A stretch of DNA of 64,000 bases from an uncultured Acidimicrobiia bacterium (GCA_963731815.1 CAVSWW010000010.1:134252-198251); one strand, 5' to 3'. Positions 1 through 10,990 are shown, counted from the first letter of the stretch. Made by a program: numbers and translations. The notes: generated from the sequence alone by a model not told the origin.

Positions 1-390
1 GGATCCCCGTGCGGTTCCCCGACATCAAGATCTGCATGTCCGAGGGCGGCATCGGCTGGGTGGCCGCGCTGATGGACCGGCTCGACCACTGCTTCGACTA
101 CCAGATGGGCTACCTGCACACCTGGGAAGGCGTCGACGCTGCCGCCGGCGGAGGTGCTGCAGCGCAACTTCTGGTGGTGCGCGCTCGACGACGAGAGCGC
201 CTGGGCGACGCGCGACCGCATCGGCGTCGACCACATCGTCGTGGAGAGCGACTACCCGCACGCCGACTCGACGTGGCCCGACACGCAGCCCCTGCTGCGC
301 AAGCACCTCGCCGGCATGCCCGACGACGAGGTGCGGAAGGTCTGCCACGAGAACGCGGCGGCGCTCTTCCGGCACCCACTCCCGGGCTGA
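1..390 (+). CDS. amidohydrolase-2 family metal-dependent hydrolase, C-terminal part (5' end outside window; one apparent frameshift near 130-155)
   Basis: The ORF 9..536 frame reads ICMSEGGIGWVAALMDRLDHCFDYQMGY. The ORF 154..390 frame continues VDHIVVESDYPHADSTWPD...VCHENAAALF. The same C-terminal D-Y/F-P-H block occurs in the paralogs at 48117, 51085 and 54550. Confidence 0.7.
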
Positions 391-575
391 ACGAGCCGCG
401 CTGGGTTCAACCGTACGAGTTCGTCGCCGTCACGTCGGCCGTCGGGCGGCCGAACGTTGAAGTGAACGGTGCCTCGACGTCCAGGGATGAGTTCCGACGG
501 ACTCCACCGCTGTTGGCAAGAAGAGCACGGAGCTAATCGCCATCCAGGCCTGCCGACGGAGATACCGTCGCCGTT

Positions 576-1389
576 GTGACAGCGGACGCGATGCCAGAGC
601 GCAGTGCGCCGACGGCCCCAGTTGCTCTCGTGCACATCGGCATCCACAAGACCGGAACTACGTCATTCCAGGCCTGGGCCGATTCCAACAGAGAGTGCTT
701 GTCGAAGCACGCGGGCGTTGACTACTACAACGGGCTGTTCGCGACGAATCACTACGAGATTGCCATGCTGTGTCTACGCCCGAACCGCGATTTCCCGAGG
801 CGAGGGGATCATCCGGATTTCCACCTCGAGGCGTGGAAGCTTGCGACTGAAATGCATATTCGCAATCAGGCCGCGCGGCTGACGCCTTCCCTCTTAGTTT
901 CTGCTGAGAGCTTGTCGCTGCTCCGCCACACTGACGAGGTCCAGCGCCTGGTTGACCTGTTCCACCCGCGTCAACTTGTTAGTAGTCGCCGTGCTTCGCG
1001 AGCCGAAGTCGTTTCTTCGGAGTTACAGGCAAACGCTCGCAAAGCTTGATATCAAGCCGAGCACAGACCGGGAGTCCTTCGCGTACCTCAACGATGATTC
1101 GTGGCTGATCGACTACAAAGCGCGTTTCGAGGCCTACCGATCTGTGCTCGGACCTGAACATGTGATGACGGTCAGCTACGAGGATGCACTGACACGCGAT
1201 GGATCGGTCATTCCGGGGATCATGGAAGCGTTTGGGATCAATAGAACGCGCTTGCCGCCCTGGGAAGCTTATTTCCGCAACGTCGGTTCGTCGCGGGCGC
1301 AGCTTGTGAAGCGTCGACTAGTGCGCCGATACGCAACGCTTCGCAGAGTCCACGACTTCTTGCGCAGCAGCCGGGTGGGTAGCGGCTGA
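576..1389 (+). CDS. sulfotransferase family protein (apparent frameshift near 965)
   Basis: ORF 576..1049 carries a PAPS 5'-phosphosulfate-loop-like HIGIHKTGTTSFQ. ORF 952..1389 continues in another frame with LLVVAVLREPKSFLRSY, which resembles a 3'-phosphate-binding motif. Third-position GC is visibly lower than in core genes. Confidence 0.6.
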
Positions 1390-1602
1390 TCGAGCACGCA
1401 CACCAGCCCCCGGCACCCTGTCGCTGGGGTACCGGCGGCTGGACGCGAGCCGGGAAGGCACTCGAACCCCTGACCCCCGAACGCGGTGCTGCGGGTCATT
1501 GTCGAAGCCCGCGACCCGAACAGGAAGCCGCGGACTGAACCGCGCCGCGCACCTCAAGGCCACCGACTGCCCGAACGGCACAGGCCAGATCGCAGAGACG
1601 CC

Positions 1603-2295
1603 TCACTGGGAGCGTGTGCCCGGCCTCATGAGCTGTCGATCCAGTCTCTTTCTTGCCCGCCTCAAGGGCTGCCCGAGCAACTTCTTGACAACGCTGTACC
1701 GATACCTCAACAAAGCTTGGCGTGTCGGTAGCGGGATCGACTCACGGATCAATGCCGGGTCGATCACTGTTGCCAGAGCATCGCGTAGCTCCTTCTCCGT
1801 AATGTCCTTTGGAAGAAGGGACCTAAGAGCGCGCACGGTGTACTCATGGTCGAGCGCGAAGCGTGGATACGCGAGCACGACCACCGGCAACTCGTACTCG
1901 GCGGCGGTATGAACGAGTTGGTAGACGGCCTCGGCGAGGACCGCACGTTGACGTCGCAGAGTCTTTGCCCGCCACAACCCACCCGGAGTACGGCGTGAAC
2001 GAGCTTCGACGCTACGAAGGAAGCGACTGCGCGCGGCTGTCTCGAGATCGCGCATTGGAACTATCAGTCCGTCGATCTCCCCTGGAGTGATAGTGCCGTC
2101 GCGGAGATGCCGTGACAGGTCGAACGAGAGGTTGGGGTTCTTGATGAGATAGGAAGCCGATGAGGTAAGCGGTTGTTCCAGGCCAGCATGAGCGCTCTCG
2201 CGGACGCGGAGATCGCTCAGACGCGCGTCAACTCCCGCCGCGCTGAGCGCGCGGACGAGCAGCGTTGTTCCAGCCCTCCCGGGTCCAGCAATCAA
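1603..2295 (-). CDS. P-loop hypothetical protein, possibly sulfotransferase-related
   Basis: Intact 230-aa ORF. The N-terminal GPGRAGTTLLVRAL loop resembles the PSB loops of the neighbouring sulfotransferases. It is convergent with 576..1389. Confidence 0.45.
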   Translation of the reverse strand: MIAGPGRAGTTLLVRALSAAGVDARLSDLRVRESAHAGLEQPLTSSASYLIKNPNLSFDLSRHLRDGTITPGEIDGLIVPMRDLETAARSRFLRSVEARSRRTPGGLWRAKTLRRQRAVLAEAVYQLVHTAAEYELPVVVLAYPRFALDHEYTVRALRSLLPKDITEKELRDALATVIDPALIRESIPLPTRQALLRYRYSVVKKLLGQPLRRARKRLDRQLMRPGTRSQ

Positions 2296-2705
2296 CAGAT
2301 GAGCGTCGCGATCAGAGCTGATGGCCTATTTGAGCAGTCTTTCGGCCGCTCGTGGCGGAACGACGCACCCGTGGTCATGGCGTGGTCACAGAATCCTGAG
2401 ATTCGACGCGATAGGTGGCGCTTATCCGGTCCGGCACCACCCCGACGTCACCACGTCGGGCAACCGGGCACCCCCCGCGCTCGTGTGGTGCGCCGATCAA
2501 GCGCTCGGTCCGCGAGCAGGCGGGAGCTACCAACCCACGTCCGGGTGCCCCTCTCTTGACTCTTGGGCGTGCTCCGATCGGTGACCACACGCCGCAATTG
2601 ACGCGCTTTCGCGACCTGGGGCTCGTGAGTCGCGGACATCACCGTCTCAAGTATGAAACCAAGTACTTCCCGACCTCGTCAATCGCGTTCTATCCTGCCA
2701 GCCCC

Positions 2706-3074
2706 ATGTCGACGTCGAGGCTGCCACGCACGCGGCGGGTCCTCGATCAGATCGACCTGGAGCTCGACACGGCACCCGGTCCGCTACATCCGGGACTGCT
2801 CCACCTTGACTTCGGCGCGGGAACGCAGAGCTCGTTGCTCCTTCCCAGTCGCAACCTCGAGCTCGACGATCCTGACGTCTACGCACCGTTTGATCAGTCA
2901 TACGACGTGCTCGACACTGCGATGTTCGAGTCAACCGAGGTCAACCTCGGCGCGCCGGACACCGAACCGGCTCCGACGGAGGTGCTGATCGGTGGCGATG
3001 AGGTTGCACCGACGCTGCCCCGGAGGCCGAAGGCATCGAATGACCGATCGGCAGCTCGAGCGAGCTGTCGCTAA
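2706..3074 (+). CDS. hypothetical protein (122 aa from ATG 2706)
   Basis: Distal part of ORF 2415..3074 with moderate GC3 (about 70% by hand count). It is acidic and has no motif I recognise. Its 3' end overlaps the stop of the convergent gene 3071..4174 by 4 nt. Confidence 0.3.
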   Translation: MSTSRLPRTRRVLDQIDLELDTAPGPLHPGLLHLDFGAGTQSSLLLPSRNLELDDPDVYAPFDQSYDVLDTAMFESTEVNLGAPDTEPAPTEVLIGGDEVAPTLPRRPKASNDRSAARASCR

Positions 3075-4174
3075 CGCAGGCTTCGCACTCCGCGGCGTGT
3101 GAATCCCCGACGAGTGAAGCCACGCGCCTCGAGGTACTGCCGATCGGGCCACACGATGGCGCGGAGGTACGCAGCGCGGTCCCGGGTGCTTGGAAGCACC
3201 CGCAGCGCTGCGAGATGCCGGAGGTGAGCACGGTTCGGTGCGACGTGCGAGTCGAGAAGCTGGAGCTCCCTCCGCGCGGGGACGTAGGACCTCGCCCAGT
3301 CGAGCAGGTCCGGAGCGTCGGTGAGCGCGAGTGTGTCCCACGCGTTCGTGAGGGCGCGAGCGAGGACGCATTCGGCGCGCCACCGCCGAGCCATGCTCAA
3401 GACGTCGTCGGACGATGGCTGAAGAACCAGCGCGATCTGTACGACGTCACGCAGGCTCATCAGCCGCGGCGGCTGGTCAGCGAGGACCGCGGCGAACGCG
3501 GCGTGCAGCAGCAGCTGCGGCGCGGGCAGCATCCAGAACGTCCGGTGGGCGAGCGTGAAGGCCGTTCCTGGAACGAACAGGTCGTCTAGCGACACGGTCA
3601 GTCCGAGGGCGCCTTCGACGAAGGTGCGGTGCACGTCGAGCTCGAGGGCGCCACGTGAGCGCAGCAGCACCTCTTTGCCGAAGCGTGAATCGAAGCCGCT
3701 TCGGAGCTCCGGGATGTCGCGCCGGGCGTCGACATCGCTCACGAGCACTCTGATCCCTTCGTCGAACGAGCTCGACGGGAGGAGCAGGTCCGCGTCCGCG
3801 AACACCCGCCACTCGGGGGCCGGGTACACGCTGTGCGCGAGCGCAATGCCCTTCAGCACGCGCGTCTCGATCCTCGCCGCAGCCAACGCGTCAACCGCGT
3901 TGAGAAGGAGGCGCTCGACTCTCAGTCCGTGAGCGTGCTGCCCGCCGAGGCTCTCGTCCAACGTGCGCCACTGGTCGTCGGTGACGACGACGGATCCACT
4001 CCGGGCCGATTCGCCGAGCAGGCCGAGCGTGCGCTCGCGCCCGCAAGCTTCGAGGACGAGCCCGAACTCCGCATCCGGGAGCTCCGACGCTGGCGGGTTG
4101 TGCTCGGTCGACAGCCCATGCGCGGCCACGCTCGTCAGCACGTCAGTGATCGCCGTGCTCGTCGATTCGGTCAT
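3071..4174 (-). CDS. uncharacterised nucleotidyltransferase family protein (NTP_transf_5 / PF14907-like)
   Basis: Intact 367-aa ORF. RVLKGIALAHSVYPAPEWRVFADADLLLP and LELDVHRTF fit the LKG...R..D.DLLV and DxH signature I recall for this family. Confidence 0.6.
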   Translation of the reverse strand: MTESTSTAITDVLTSVAAHGLSTEHNPPASELPDAEFGLVLEACGRERTLGLLGESARSGSVVVTDDQWRTLDESLGGQHAHGLRVERLLLNAVDALAAARIETRVLKGIALAHSVYPAPEWRVFADADLLLPSSSFDEGIRVLVSDVDARRDIPELRSGFDSRFGKEVLLRSRGALELDVHRTFVEGALGLTVSLDDLFVPGTAFTLAHRTFWMLPAPQLLLHAAFAAVLADQPPRLMSLRDVVQIALVLQPSSDDVLSMARRWRAECVLARALTNAWDTLALTDAPDLLDWARSYVPARRELQLLDSHVAPNRAHLRHLAALRVLPSTRDRAAYLRAIVWPDRQYLEARGFTRRGFTRRGVRSLR

Positions 4175-5465
4175 CGACGCATGCTCTCAGAGGTACCGCT
4201 CGCCCTCGGCCCGCGTCCCTCGCGACCCGCGCCGGAGTGCCGTAGGCGACGACGTGATCGGGGAGGTCGCCGATGACGACCGCGCCCGCCCCGATCACGG
4301 AGTGCGCCCCGATGGTGACTGCATGGACGATCGCCGCGCCCACTCCGATCGCGGTGCAATCGCCGATGCGAACGTTACCTCCAGTCGCCGCGCCGGGCGC
4401 GAGGCTCACGTGCTCGCCCGCGACACAGTCGTGATCGATCGACGAGTTCGTCCCCAGAAGCGCGCCGGCACCGATCGTGCACCCGTTGCTGACGACTGCG
4501 CCGGCCATGAGGATCGATCCGGGTCCGAGGCGCGCGTCGCGCGCGACGAGCGCGGCGGGATGGATCGCGGCGATCGGCGCAAGGTCTGGGCAAGCCGTGC
4601 GTGCGTGTTCGAAGACCGTCTGCCGTCGGTGATTGTCGCCGATCGCGACGACGAACCCGTCGGCGTGCGCCATCTCCGCGGCGCCTGTGAGGTCATCGTC
4701 GGAACCAAGCACAGGGTGTCCGCTGACGTCTGATCCGACGGGCAGTGCGGCGTCGAGCACACCAACAACGACGTGCTCGCCCCCTGCTTCGACGGCGTCG
4801 ATGACCTGCCGTCCCTGGTCGGACCCGCCGACGACGAGCACACGTCGGCTCACGCGCGACCTGCCTGCGCTCCGTCGCTCCCCCGACGGCCCTCGAACCG
4901 CGGCATGGTCTGCATCACCGGGCGCCGCGACACCGCGACCCGTGAAGACCGTCGCGACCGTGAGTCCGATGATCTTGAGGTCGAGCACCATCGACTGGTG
5001 ATCGACGTACCACACGTCGAGTGCCAGCTTGTCGTCCCACCTCAATGCGTTTCGGCCCTTCACCTGTGCCCACCCTGTGATGCCCGGCCGTACGTCGTGG
5101 CGTCGCCGTTGCGCCGGCGAGTAAAGCGGGAGGTACTCCATAAGCAGCGGTCGGGGCCCGACGAGGCTCATGTCACCGCGCACAACGTTGGTCAGCTCTG
5201 GCAGCTCGTCGAGGCTCGTTCGGCGCAGTCCGCGACCGAGTTTCGTAAGTCGCTCGGCGTCCGGTGCCGCGCCTTCGCGCATAGTGCGGAACTTGACGAC
5301 CGTGAACGGTGCGCCGTCTCGACCCGGGCGCTCTTGGCGGAAGAGCACCGGCGACCCGAGTTTGATGCGAACGAGAAGCGCGACGAACGCGAACACCGGC
5401 GAGAGGACGACGAGCAGCAGCGATGCCGTCACCACGTCGAAAGTCCTCTTGGTCACCTTGCGCAT
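4143..5465 (-). CDS. fused phosphoglycosyl transferase (PglC/WbaP C-terminal type) and NeuD/PglD-like hexapeptide acetyltransferase
   Basis: ORF 4143..5555, read from MRKVTKRTFD. The N-terminal half has a TM helix, PVLFRQERPG, VVKFRTM, DELPEL, SLVGPRP and PGITGWAQV. The C-terminal half has VLVVGGSDQGRQV, AIGDN and left-handed beta-helix repeats (GAVVSNGCTIGAGALLG...). There is no stop between the two halves. Confidence 0.8.
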   Translation of the reverse strand: MRKVTKRTFDVVTASLLLVVLSPVFAFVALLVRIKLGSPVLFRQERPGRDGAPFTVVKFRTMREGAAPDAERLTKLGRGLRRTSLDELPELTNVVRGDMSLVGPRPLLMEYLPLYSPAQRRRHDVRPGITGWAQVKGRNALRWDDKLALDVWYVDHQSMVLDLKIIGLTVATVFTGRGVAAPGDADHAAVRGPSGERRSAGRSRVSRRVLVVGGSDQGRQVIDAVEAGGEHVVVGVLDAALPVGSDVSGHPVLGSDDDLTGAAEMAHADGFVVAIGDNHRRQTVFEHARTACPDLAPIAAIHPAALVARDARLGPGSILMAGAVVSNGCTIGAGALLGTNSSIDHDCVAGEHVSLAPGAATGGNVRIGDCTAIGVGAAIVHAVTIGAHSVIGAGAVVIGDLPDHVVAYGTPARVARDAGRGRAVPLRACVDDRIDEHGDH

Positions 5466-5535
5466 CGTCACACCGTTCGCCCCCGGGTATCGTAGGTGTG
5501 GTGCCTGCGCGCGGATCCTCCTCACGGTCCCCGAG

Positions 5536-6614
5536 GTGTCCGATGTCGAACGCAAGCTCCTCTTGGAGGCATTCGACTCGAACTGGATCGCACCGCTCGG
5601 CCCGCAAGTCGATGCGTTCGAAGCGGAGTTCGCCGCCTACCTCGGCATCGACCACGCGGTCGCGCTGTCGAGCGGCACCGCCGGCCTGCACCTCGCGCTC
5701 GTGCTGCTCGGCGTCGGCCCCGGCGACGAGGTGATCGTGCCCGACGCTGACGTTCGCGGCGACGTGCGAACGCCGTCACGTACGTCGGCGGCGCAGCCGG
5801 TGTTCCTCGACAGCGAACCGAGACGGCGTGGAACCTCGACCCCGAACTCCTCGGCCGCGGAGCTCGACGAGCGGGCCGGACGCGGCCGGCTGCCGGCGGC
5901 GGTGATCGCCGTCGACCTGTACGGTCAATGCGCCGACTACGACCCGATCGTCGACTGCGTGCGGTCGCCACGGCGTGCCGCTGATCGAGGACGCGGCCGA
6001 GGCACTCGGTGCCAACTACCGGGGCAATCCGGCCGGGACGTTCGGCGACTATCGGCGTGTTCTCGTTCAACGGCAACAAGATCATCACGACCAGCGGTGG
6101 CGGGATGCTCGTGGCCGACGCGATGCCGACTGGCCGAGCGAGCCCGCACACCTCGCGGCGCAGGCCCGCGACCCTGCGCTCGCACTACGAGCACTCGCGA
6201 GATCGGCTTCAACTACCGGCTGAGCAACCTGCTCGCTGCGCTCGGCCGTGCGCAGCTCGCCGGGCTCGCCTGCCAAGGTCGCCCGTCGTCGTGAGACCAA
6301 GCAGCAGTACCGGGCCGCGTTCGCCGACATCGATGCAATTGATTTCATGCCCGAACGCGAAGTTCGGCGAGCCGACGAACTGGCTCACTGTCGCCACGAT
6401 CGACGAGTGCGAGTTTGGCGCATCGCCGCGAGCAGGTCCGGGTGCAGTTGGATCGGCACGAGATCGTGGCTCGCCCCGCCTGGAAACCGATGCACATGCA
6501 GCCGGTATTTGCCAGCTGCCCGGTGCTGGGCGGCGGGGTCGCCGAAGCGATCTTCGGGACGGACTGTGCCTCCCTGGCGGCGCGGGAATGCCCCAGCACG
6601 ACCTCACGCGGTAG
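5536..6614 (+). CDS. DegT/DnrJ/EryC1/StrS-family sugar aminotransferase (PglE-like); at least four apparent frameshifts and an in-frame TAG at 6612
   Basis: Pieces lie in three frames: VPEVSDVERKLLLEAFDSNWIAPLGPQVDAFEAEFAAYLG...ALSSGTAGLHLAL, PLIEDAAEALGANYRGNPAGTFGD, VFSFNGNKIITTSGGGMLV (PLP-lysine context), EIGFNYRLSNLLAALGRAQL and WKPMHMQPVF. Protein-like sequence (IDALLTTSGGS) continues in frame after the TAG, up to about 6650. Confidence 0.75.
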
Positions 6615-6673
6615 ATCGACGCGCTGCTCACGACAAGCGGAGGGTCGTAGCTCTGAACACACGAGCCATCGCT

Positions 6674-7607
6674 TCAGGTGCGGAAAGCCGCGACCGTGCG
6701 ACCCAGACCTTCCTCGAATGAGACGCTGCACTCGAACCCGAGATCGCGGAGTGCGGCGGAGGCGTCGGCCCTGGTGTGACGCACATCGCCCTCCGCGGTG
6801 CCGCGAACTCGGGTTCCGGCGGCACACCAATGAGGCGTCCCAGGATCTCGAGAAGGTCGATAAGCGAGTGAGGACTACCACTCGCAACGTTGTAGGCGCG
6901 ACCGCTGCACTCCTCGGCGGGAGCGTCTGCCGCAGCCAGCGTGGCGTCGACTGTGTCACTGACGTACGTGAAGTCGCGACTCTGCATCCCGTCGCCATGC
7001 ACGATCGGTCGGCGACCTGATCGAGCGCGTCGATGAAGAGCGGGATGACGGCGGCATAGCGAGAGTCCGGCCGCTGCCTGGGTCCGTAGACATTGAAGTA
7101 GCGCAAACTCACGGTCTCCAGACCATAGAGATCGTTGAACACACGGGTGTAGTGCTCACCGGCGAGTTGCTCACTGCATACGGCGACCGGGGAATCAACG
7201 GCGCGGCCTCGGATGTCGGCAAGATCTCCGCACCTCCGTAGACACTGCTCGATGACGCGCATACGACAGCGCCTGACACCAGCTCGGCGCGCAGCGTCGA
7301 GAACGGCCAGCGTCCCGTGCACGTTCACCCTGTCAGTGCTCATCGGATCGTCGACCGAGCGTTCGACCGCACGAAGTGCCGCTACTTGGAAGACGATGTC
7401 TACACCATCGACAGCTTCGTCGACCGCGTGACCGTCAGTGATGGAGCCAACCCGGAGCTCAGCGCCGCGAGGCACGTTCGCCTCGTGCCCGGTTGAGAGA
7501 TCGTCGAGCACGCGCACCTGACTCCCAGTTGCGAGCAGGGCGTCGACAAGATGCGAACCAATGAAGCCCGCGCCACCGGTAACCAGTACCCGCGCTTCTG
7601 TCGGCAT
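6674..7607 (-). CDS. NAD-dependent epimerase/dehydratase (UDP-hexose 4-epimerase-like SDR); apparent frameshifts
   Basis: ORF 6345..7607 begins VLVTGGAGFIGSHLVDALL and contains SLRYFNVYGPRQRPD. The ORF 6628..7002 frame continues HGDGMQSRDFTYVSD. The tail ...GDVRHTRADASAALRDLGFE... reads to a stop at 6674. Confidence 0.75.
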
Positions 7608-7684
7608 CCGCTACTCATCATTGTCGATCGAGTCCTCCCAACGGCGCTACTTCGAACGGCGCACCCGGTCTGAACTCGCGCCGT

Positions 7685-9458
7685 TCAGCGCATCCCGGAG
7701 AGTTCGAGGACTTCGCGGTAGAAGGCGTCGTCCTGCTCGAGGTGCTTCGGCTCGTCGAAGGCTTGGAGCCGACCGTCAAGGATGACCATGATGCGATCGC
7801 AGATCGTGAGCGTCGAGAGTCGATGGGCAATCACGAAAACGGTCGAGCGTGGCGCCAATGCCGCGCATCGTGTCGCGCATCAGGGCCTCCGACTTCGCGT
7901 CGAGCGCGCTCGTCGGCTCGTCCAGCACAACGAGGTCGGGCTCACCCACCAACGCGGTCGAGCGATGCATACCCGCTGGCGCTGGCCACCTGATAGAGCG
8001 CCTCCCCGTTCGCCCACCGGGGTGTCGTAACCCTCGCGCGCACGACATCACGTCGTCGTGGAGGTGCGCGCGCCGGCCGCATCCTCCACGTCGGCGTCCC
8101 CTACACCCGTCACGGAGGAAGCGAATGTTGTCGGCGACGGTTCCCGCAAAAAAGCGCGGCTCCTGGGGAACATACGTGACCCGGTGGTACCAGTCGTCAA
8201 GCGCGAGACCCTGTACGTCTCGGCCATCCGCGAGGATCCTTCCGTGCGTCGGGTCCCGCAGCCGCAGCAGTAGCTGCACGAGCGTTGACTTGCCAGCGCC
8301 GGAGGGACCGATGATTCCGATGACGTCGCCTTTCGGCACGCGGAACGACACGTCGTGCAATACGGGGACTTCCGGTACGTATTCGAACGACACGCCTTCG
8401 AAAGCGACCTCGCCCAGCACGTCCAGCGGTTCGCCGTCCCACGAGATCGCGGCTGCTCGATATTTTTCGTCCTCGCTCCTGAGCATCTCGATGTAGGGCG
8501 CACCCTCGTGGAGACCCTGGAGGGCTGTCTGCATCGACTGGCCGTACGAGAGCGAGCGCACAAGAATCAGTACGACTGCGCCCAGCGCCGCCAGCCCGGA
8601 CACGTCAGATGCAGTACCGCGCCGGCGAGAACCGCGACAACGATAAGTAGCGCCGGCGGCGTGGTAGAGCGCCGGCGCAAGGTGCGCGAGGAAGCGTGTG
8701 CGCTGCATGCGCTGTGCATGAGTGTTGATGAGCGCGCCGAGCCGCCCGCGTACGGCATCCTCTACCTCGAAGATCCGCACCTCCTGGGTGGTCGCGGCGA
8801 GCTCTGTGAGCGCCGTGGCAAAGGCGAGGTTGGCCGCGGCGTTGCGTTTGGAGCGACGCCGAACCGCAGCCCGAATGGGACGGAGAAGCGCACCGAGCAA
8901 TAGGGCGAGCACGATGACGGCGACCGCAGCTGCGGGATCGACGGCCAGGCGCGGCGCACCATCAGGGCAGCGAAACTAAACCCGGCGACCATCGCTAGCG
9001 TCAAGCTGGCAACTGCGCTCGCACCCTGCTGCGCATAGCTGGTGAGCAGCTCCTGGAGCCGACCCTCACGTTCGGCCGACTGGAGCGCCCACGAGGCGCC
9101 GAGGAACGACCGTGTGAGCGGGTGCGCGTCCGGCGCAGCACGCCAGTGATCGAGGTCGACGCAAGCGACCTGGAGAACCGCCAGAGCCAGCCGCACGAGC
9201 ACGAGTCCGGCCGCAACACCGATCAACGCCCACACCGAGACGCGCTCGTCGAGCGGCCCCGCCTCGATGCGCACCGTCGATTCAGGCGATCCGAGCGCGA
9301 ACGCGACCCGTGCGATGAGCACGAGAACTCCGGCCTCCGCGAAGCCGCCAAACGCGGAGCACTTGCGAGCGGCGCGAGGTCGGCGCCGCTGGCCAGCGAC
9401 AAAATCCCAATACAAATTCGCGCAACGAGTGATCCCGGACGCGCTTAATGCGACGCAT
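7685..9458 (-). CDS. ABC exporter, fused permease/ATPase (MsbA/PglK-like); several apparent frameshifts
   Basis: The TM region is in ORF 8762..9415. The NBD is in ORF 7776..8912 with Walker [11 protein letters not shown] and Walker [13 protein letters not shown]. My translation of 7685-7830 gives [26 protein letters not shown]...GMR stop (H-loop). ATG 9458 follows the upstream stop by 2 nt. Confidence 0.75.
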
Positions 9459-10011
9459 GGTCAGGCTCTAGCGATCAGGTCGATGCAGCCGGCCGGCTCG
9501 GCCTGCCAGGCGGTCGCCTCGAGCACAGCCCGCACGGGGTGGTCGAGCTCCCGACGACCATCGGCCGGGTCGAGGTCCACGACGGGCGACGCCGCGAACA
9601 TAAGTTTTGCAGCGATCAAGGCGGGGGCGCATCGTCTTCGGTCGGCAGGATCCAGCGTGCGATGGGGAATCGACCGGCGGCGAGGCACGGATCGGCACGC
9701 ACGACCAGAGAACTCTCGGCCTCGACGTCTCGGCCTTTGGAACCCGATTTGCCTGATCGCTGTACCGCGCTACGCGCTCATCACACCCTTCGAGAGCGAC
9801 CCGAACCGCCAATCGGACGCTGCCGAAGGCCACTTCTTCGGCAGCCACCCTAGTCAGCGCCCCTTGCTGAGGGCGTTGCGAGCGGCGCCATGGCTAACTC
9901 GTCAGTTGTCTGACCAACTCGTGCCAGGCTTGCGCCACGACGCCGATCTCGAAATGGGCCAAGCGGTGCTCACCGCGGCGAAACCGAGGTTCGGGCTCGC
10001 GAGCGCCTCCC

Positions 10012-10990
10012 TCAATCCTTCCGTGAGATGTCGTCAGTCGGCTCGACAACGTAGCCAGTCTCGCCATGCACGATGATGTCGCTCACTGCCCCGACGTCCG
10101 TCGCTACGACTGGGAGTCCCATCATTCCGGCTTCGATGACCGCAGCAGGCATCCCTTCGGTGCGACTCGACAGGACGAGCAGATCGGCTGCCGGAGAGAA
10201 CTGTCGCCGGATGGTCGACTGCGCCGAGGAACCGCACGCGCCCTGGAGCGCATTCCGAAGCCAGCAACTGGAGGATCCGATCGCTCGGGTCCGTCTCCGG
10301 CGACAAGCAGGCAGGCATCGCGGATCGCCGCGGCCGCTCGGATCGCGCGCGCTGGGTCCTTCTCATTGCTCAGCGCCCCGAGGAACAACAAGACCGGCGC
10401 ACCGTTCTCGAGGCCGAGGATTCCGCGGGAGCGGGCCCGGGTGACGGCGTCGATTGCCGGGAAACGTGCTGCAGGAACGCCGTTTGGGATCACGTAGAGG
10501 CGCTCGGCCGGCACGCCGTGAATTTTCATCAGCATGTCCCGGGCCATGGGCCAGAGTGCGACAACAGCCACCGCCCGTCGCAGCGCCAGCGTCGACCGCT
10601 CGCCCGCCTGAGGCCCGATGCGGACCAGTAGGAAGCGTCGCCGATGCTCCGGTATGCGAACAACGGCACACGACGAGGAAGCGACGGCGCAGGCAGGCAA
10701 GGTTCGCGAACCGTGGGCGATCGTGAGCGTTGCCGCACGCATCCGCCGCCGCAATTCCCGGATGGAGCCGGGTCCCAGAGACCATCGGCCCAACGTCTCG
10801 ATCGGCATCGCGCCTTCGTCGGCGCCCGGAGCGAGCGCGACCGTCGCAGTTTTACGCGACCGCGAGCACTCGAGCGCGCTTCGAGGTCGACCGCGAAGCG
10901 CTCGGCGCCTCTGCTGATTCGTGGAGCTGATCGCATCCAGGTACGTCGATCACGCTCACCAGATCCTCGTTGTGCGTCGTCGTGATTCGA
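10012..10990 (-). CDS. GT4-family glycosyltransferase; several apparent frameshifts (5' boundary approximate)
   Basis: Fragments are GAERFAVDL, KIHGVPAERLYVIPNGV (ORF 10122..10808) and VRFLGAVDHP (10034..10366). My translation of 10012-10150 gives ADLLVLSSRTEGMPAAVIEAGMMGLPVVATDVG...GETGYVVEP (E-x7-E region). Confidence 0.65.

Noticed and set aside
547-560. Sequence ggcctgccgacgga resembles the tRNA-Arg 3' segment tcctgccgagggc (possible att remnant at the left island border)
   Set aside because: The match is only about 10 of 11 nt. My rough estimate is that several such matches occur by chance in 64 kb of this composition. There is no integrase and no longer repeat.
1421-1500. Possible tRNA or tRNA fragment on the minus strand (GGGGTTCGAGTGCC resembles a T-loop)
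   Set aside because: I could not form a T stem, acceptor stem or anticodon arm around it. Only the 9-nt GGTTCGAGT core matches, which can occur by chance.
9461-9848. Frameshifted hypothetical ORF between the GT4 at 10012 and the ABC exporter, and a possible single-TM ORF at about 38941-39300(-)
   Set aside because: Short protein-like stretches (for example VDLDPADGRRELDHPVRAVLEATAW and NVRRQADLLEELLEW) suggest coding. However, no family signature or stable frame could be established, so they are not listed as features.
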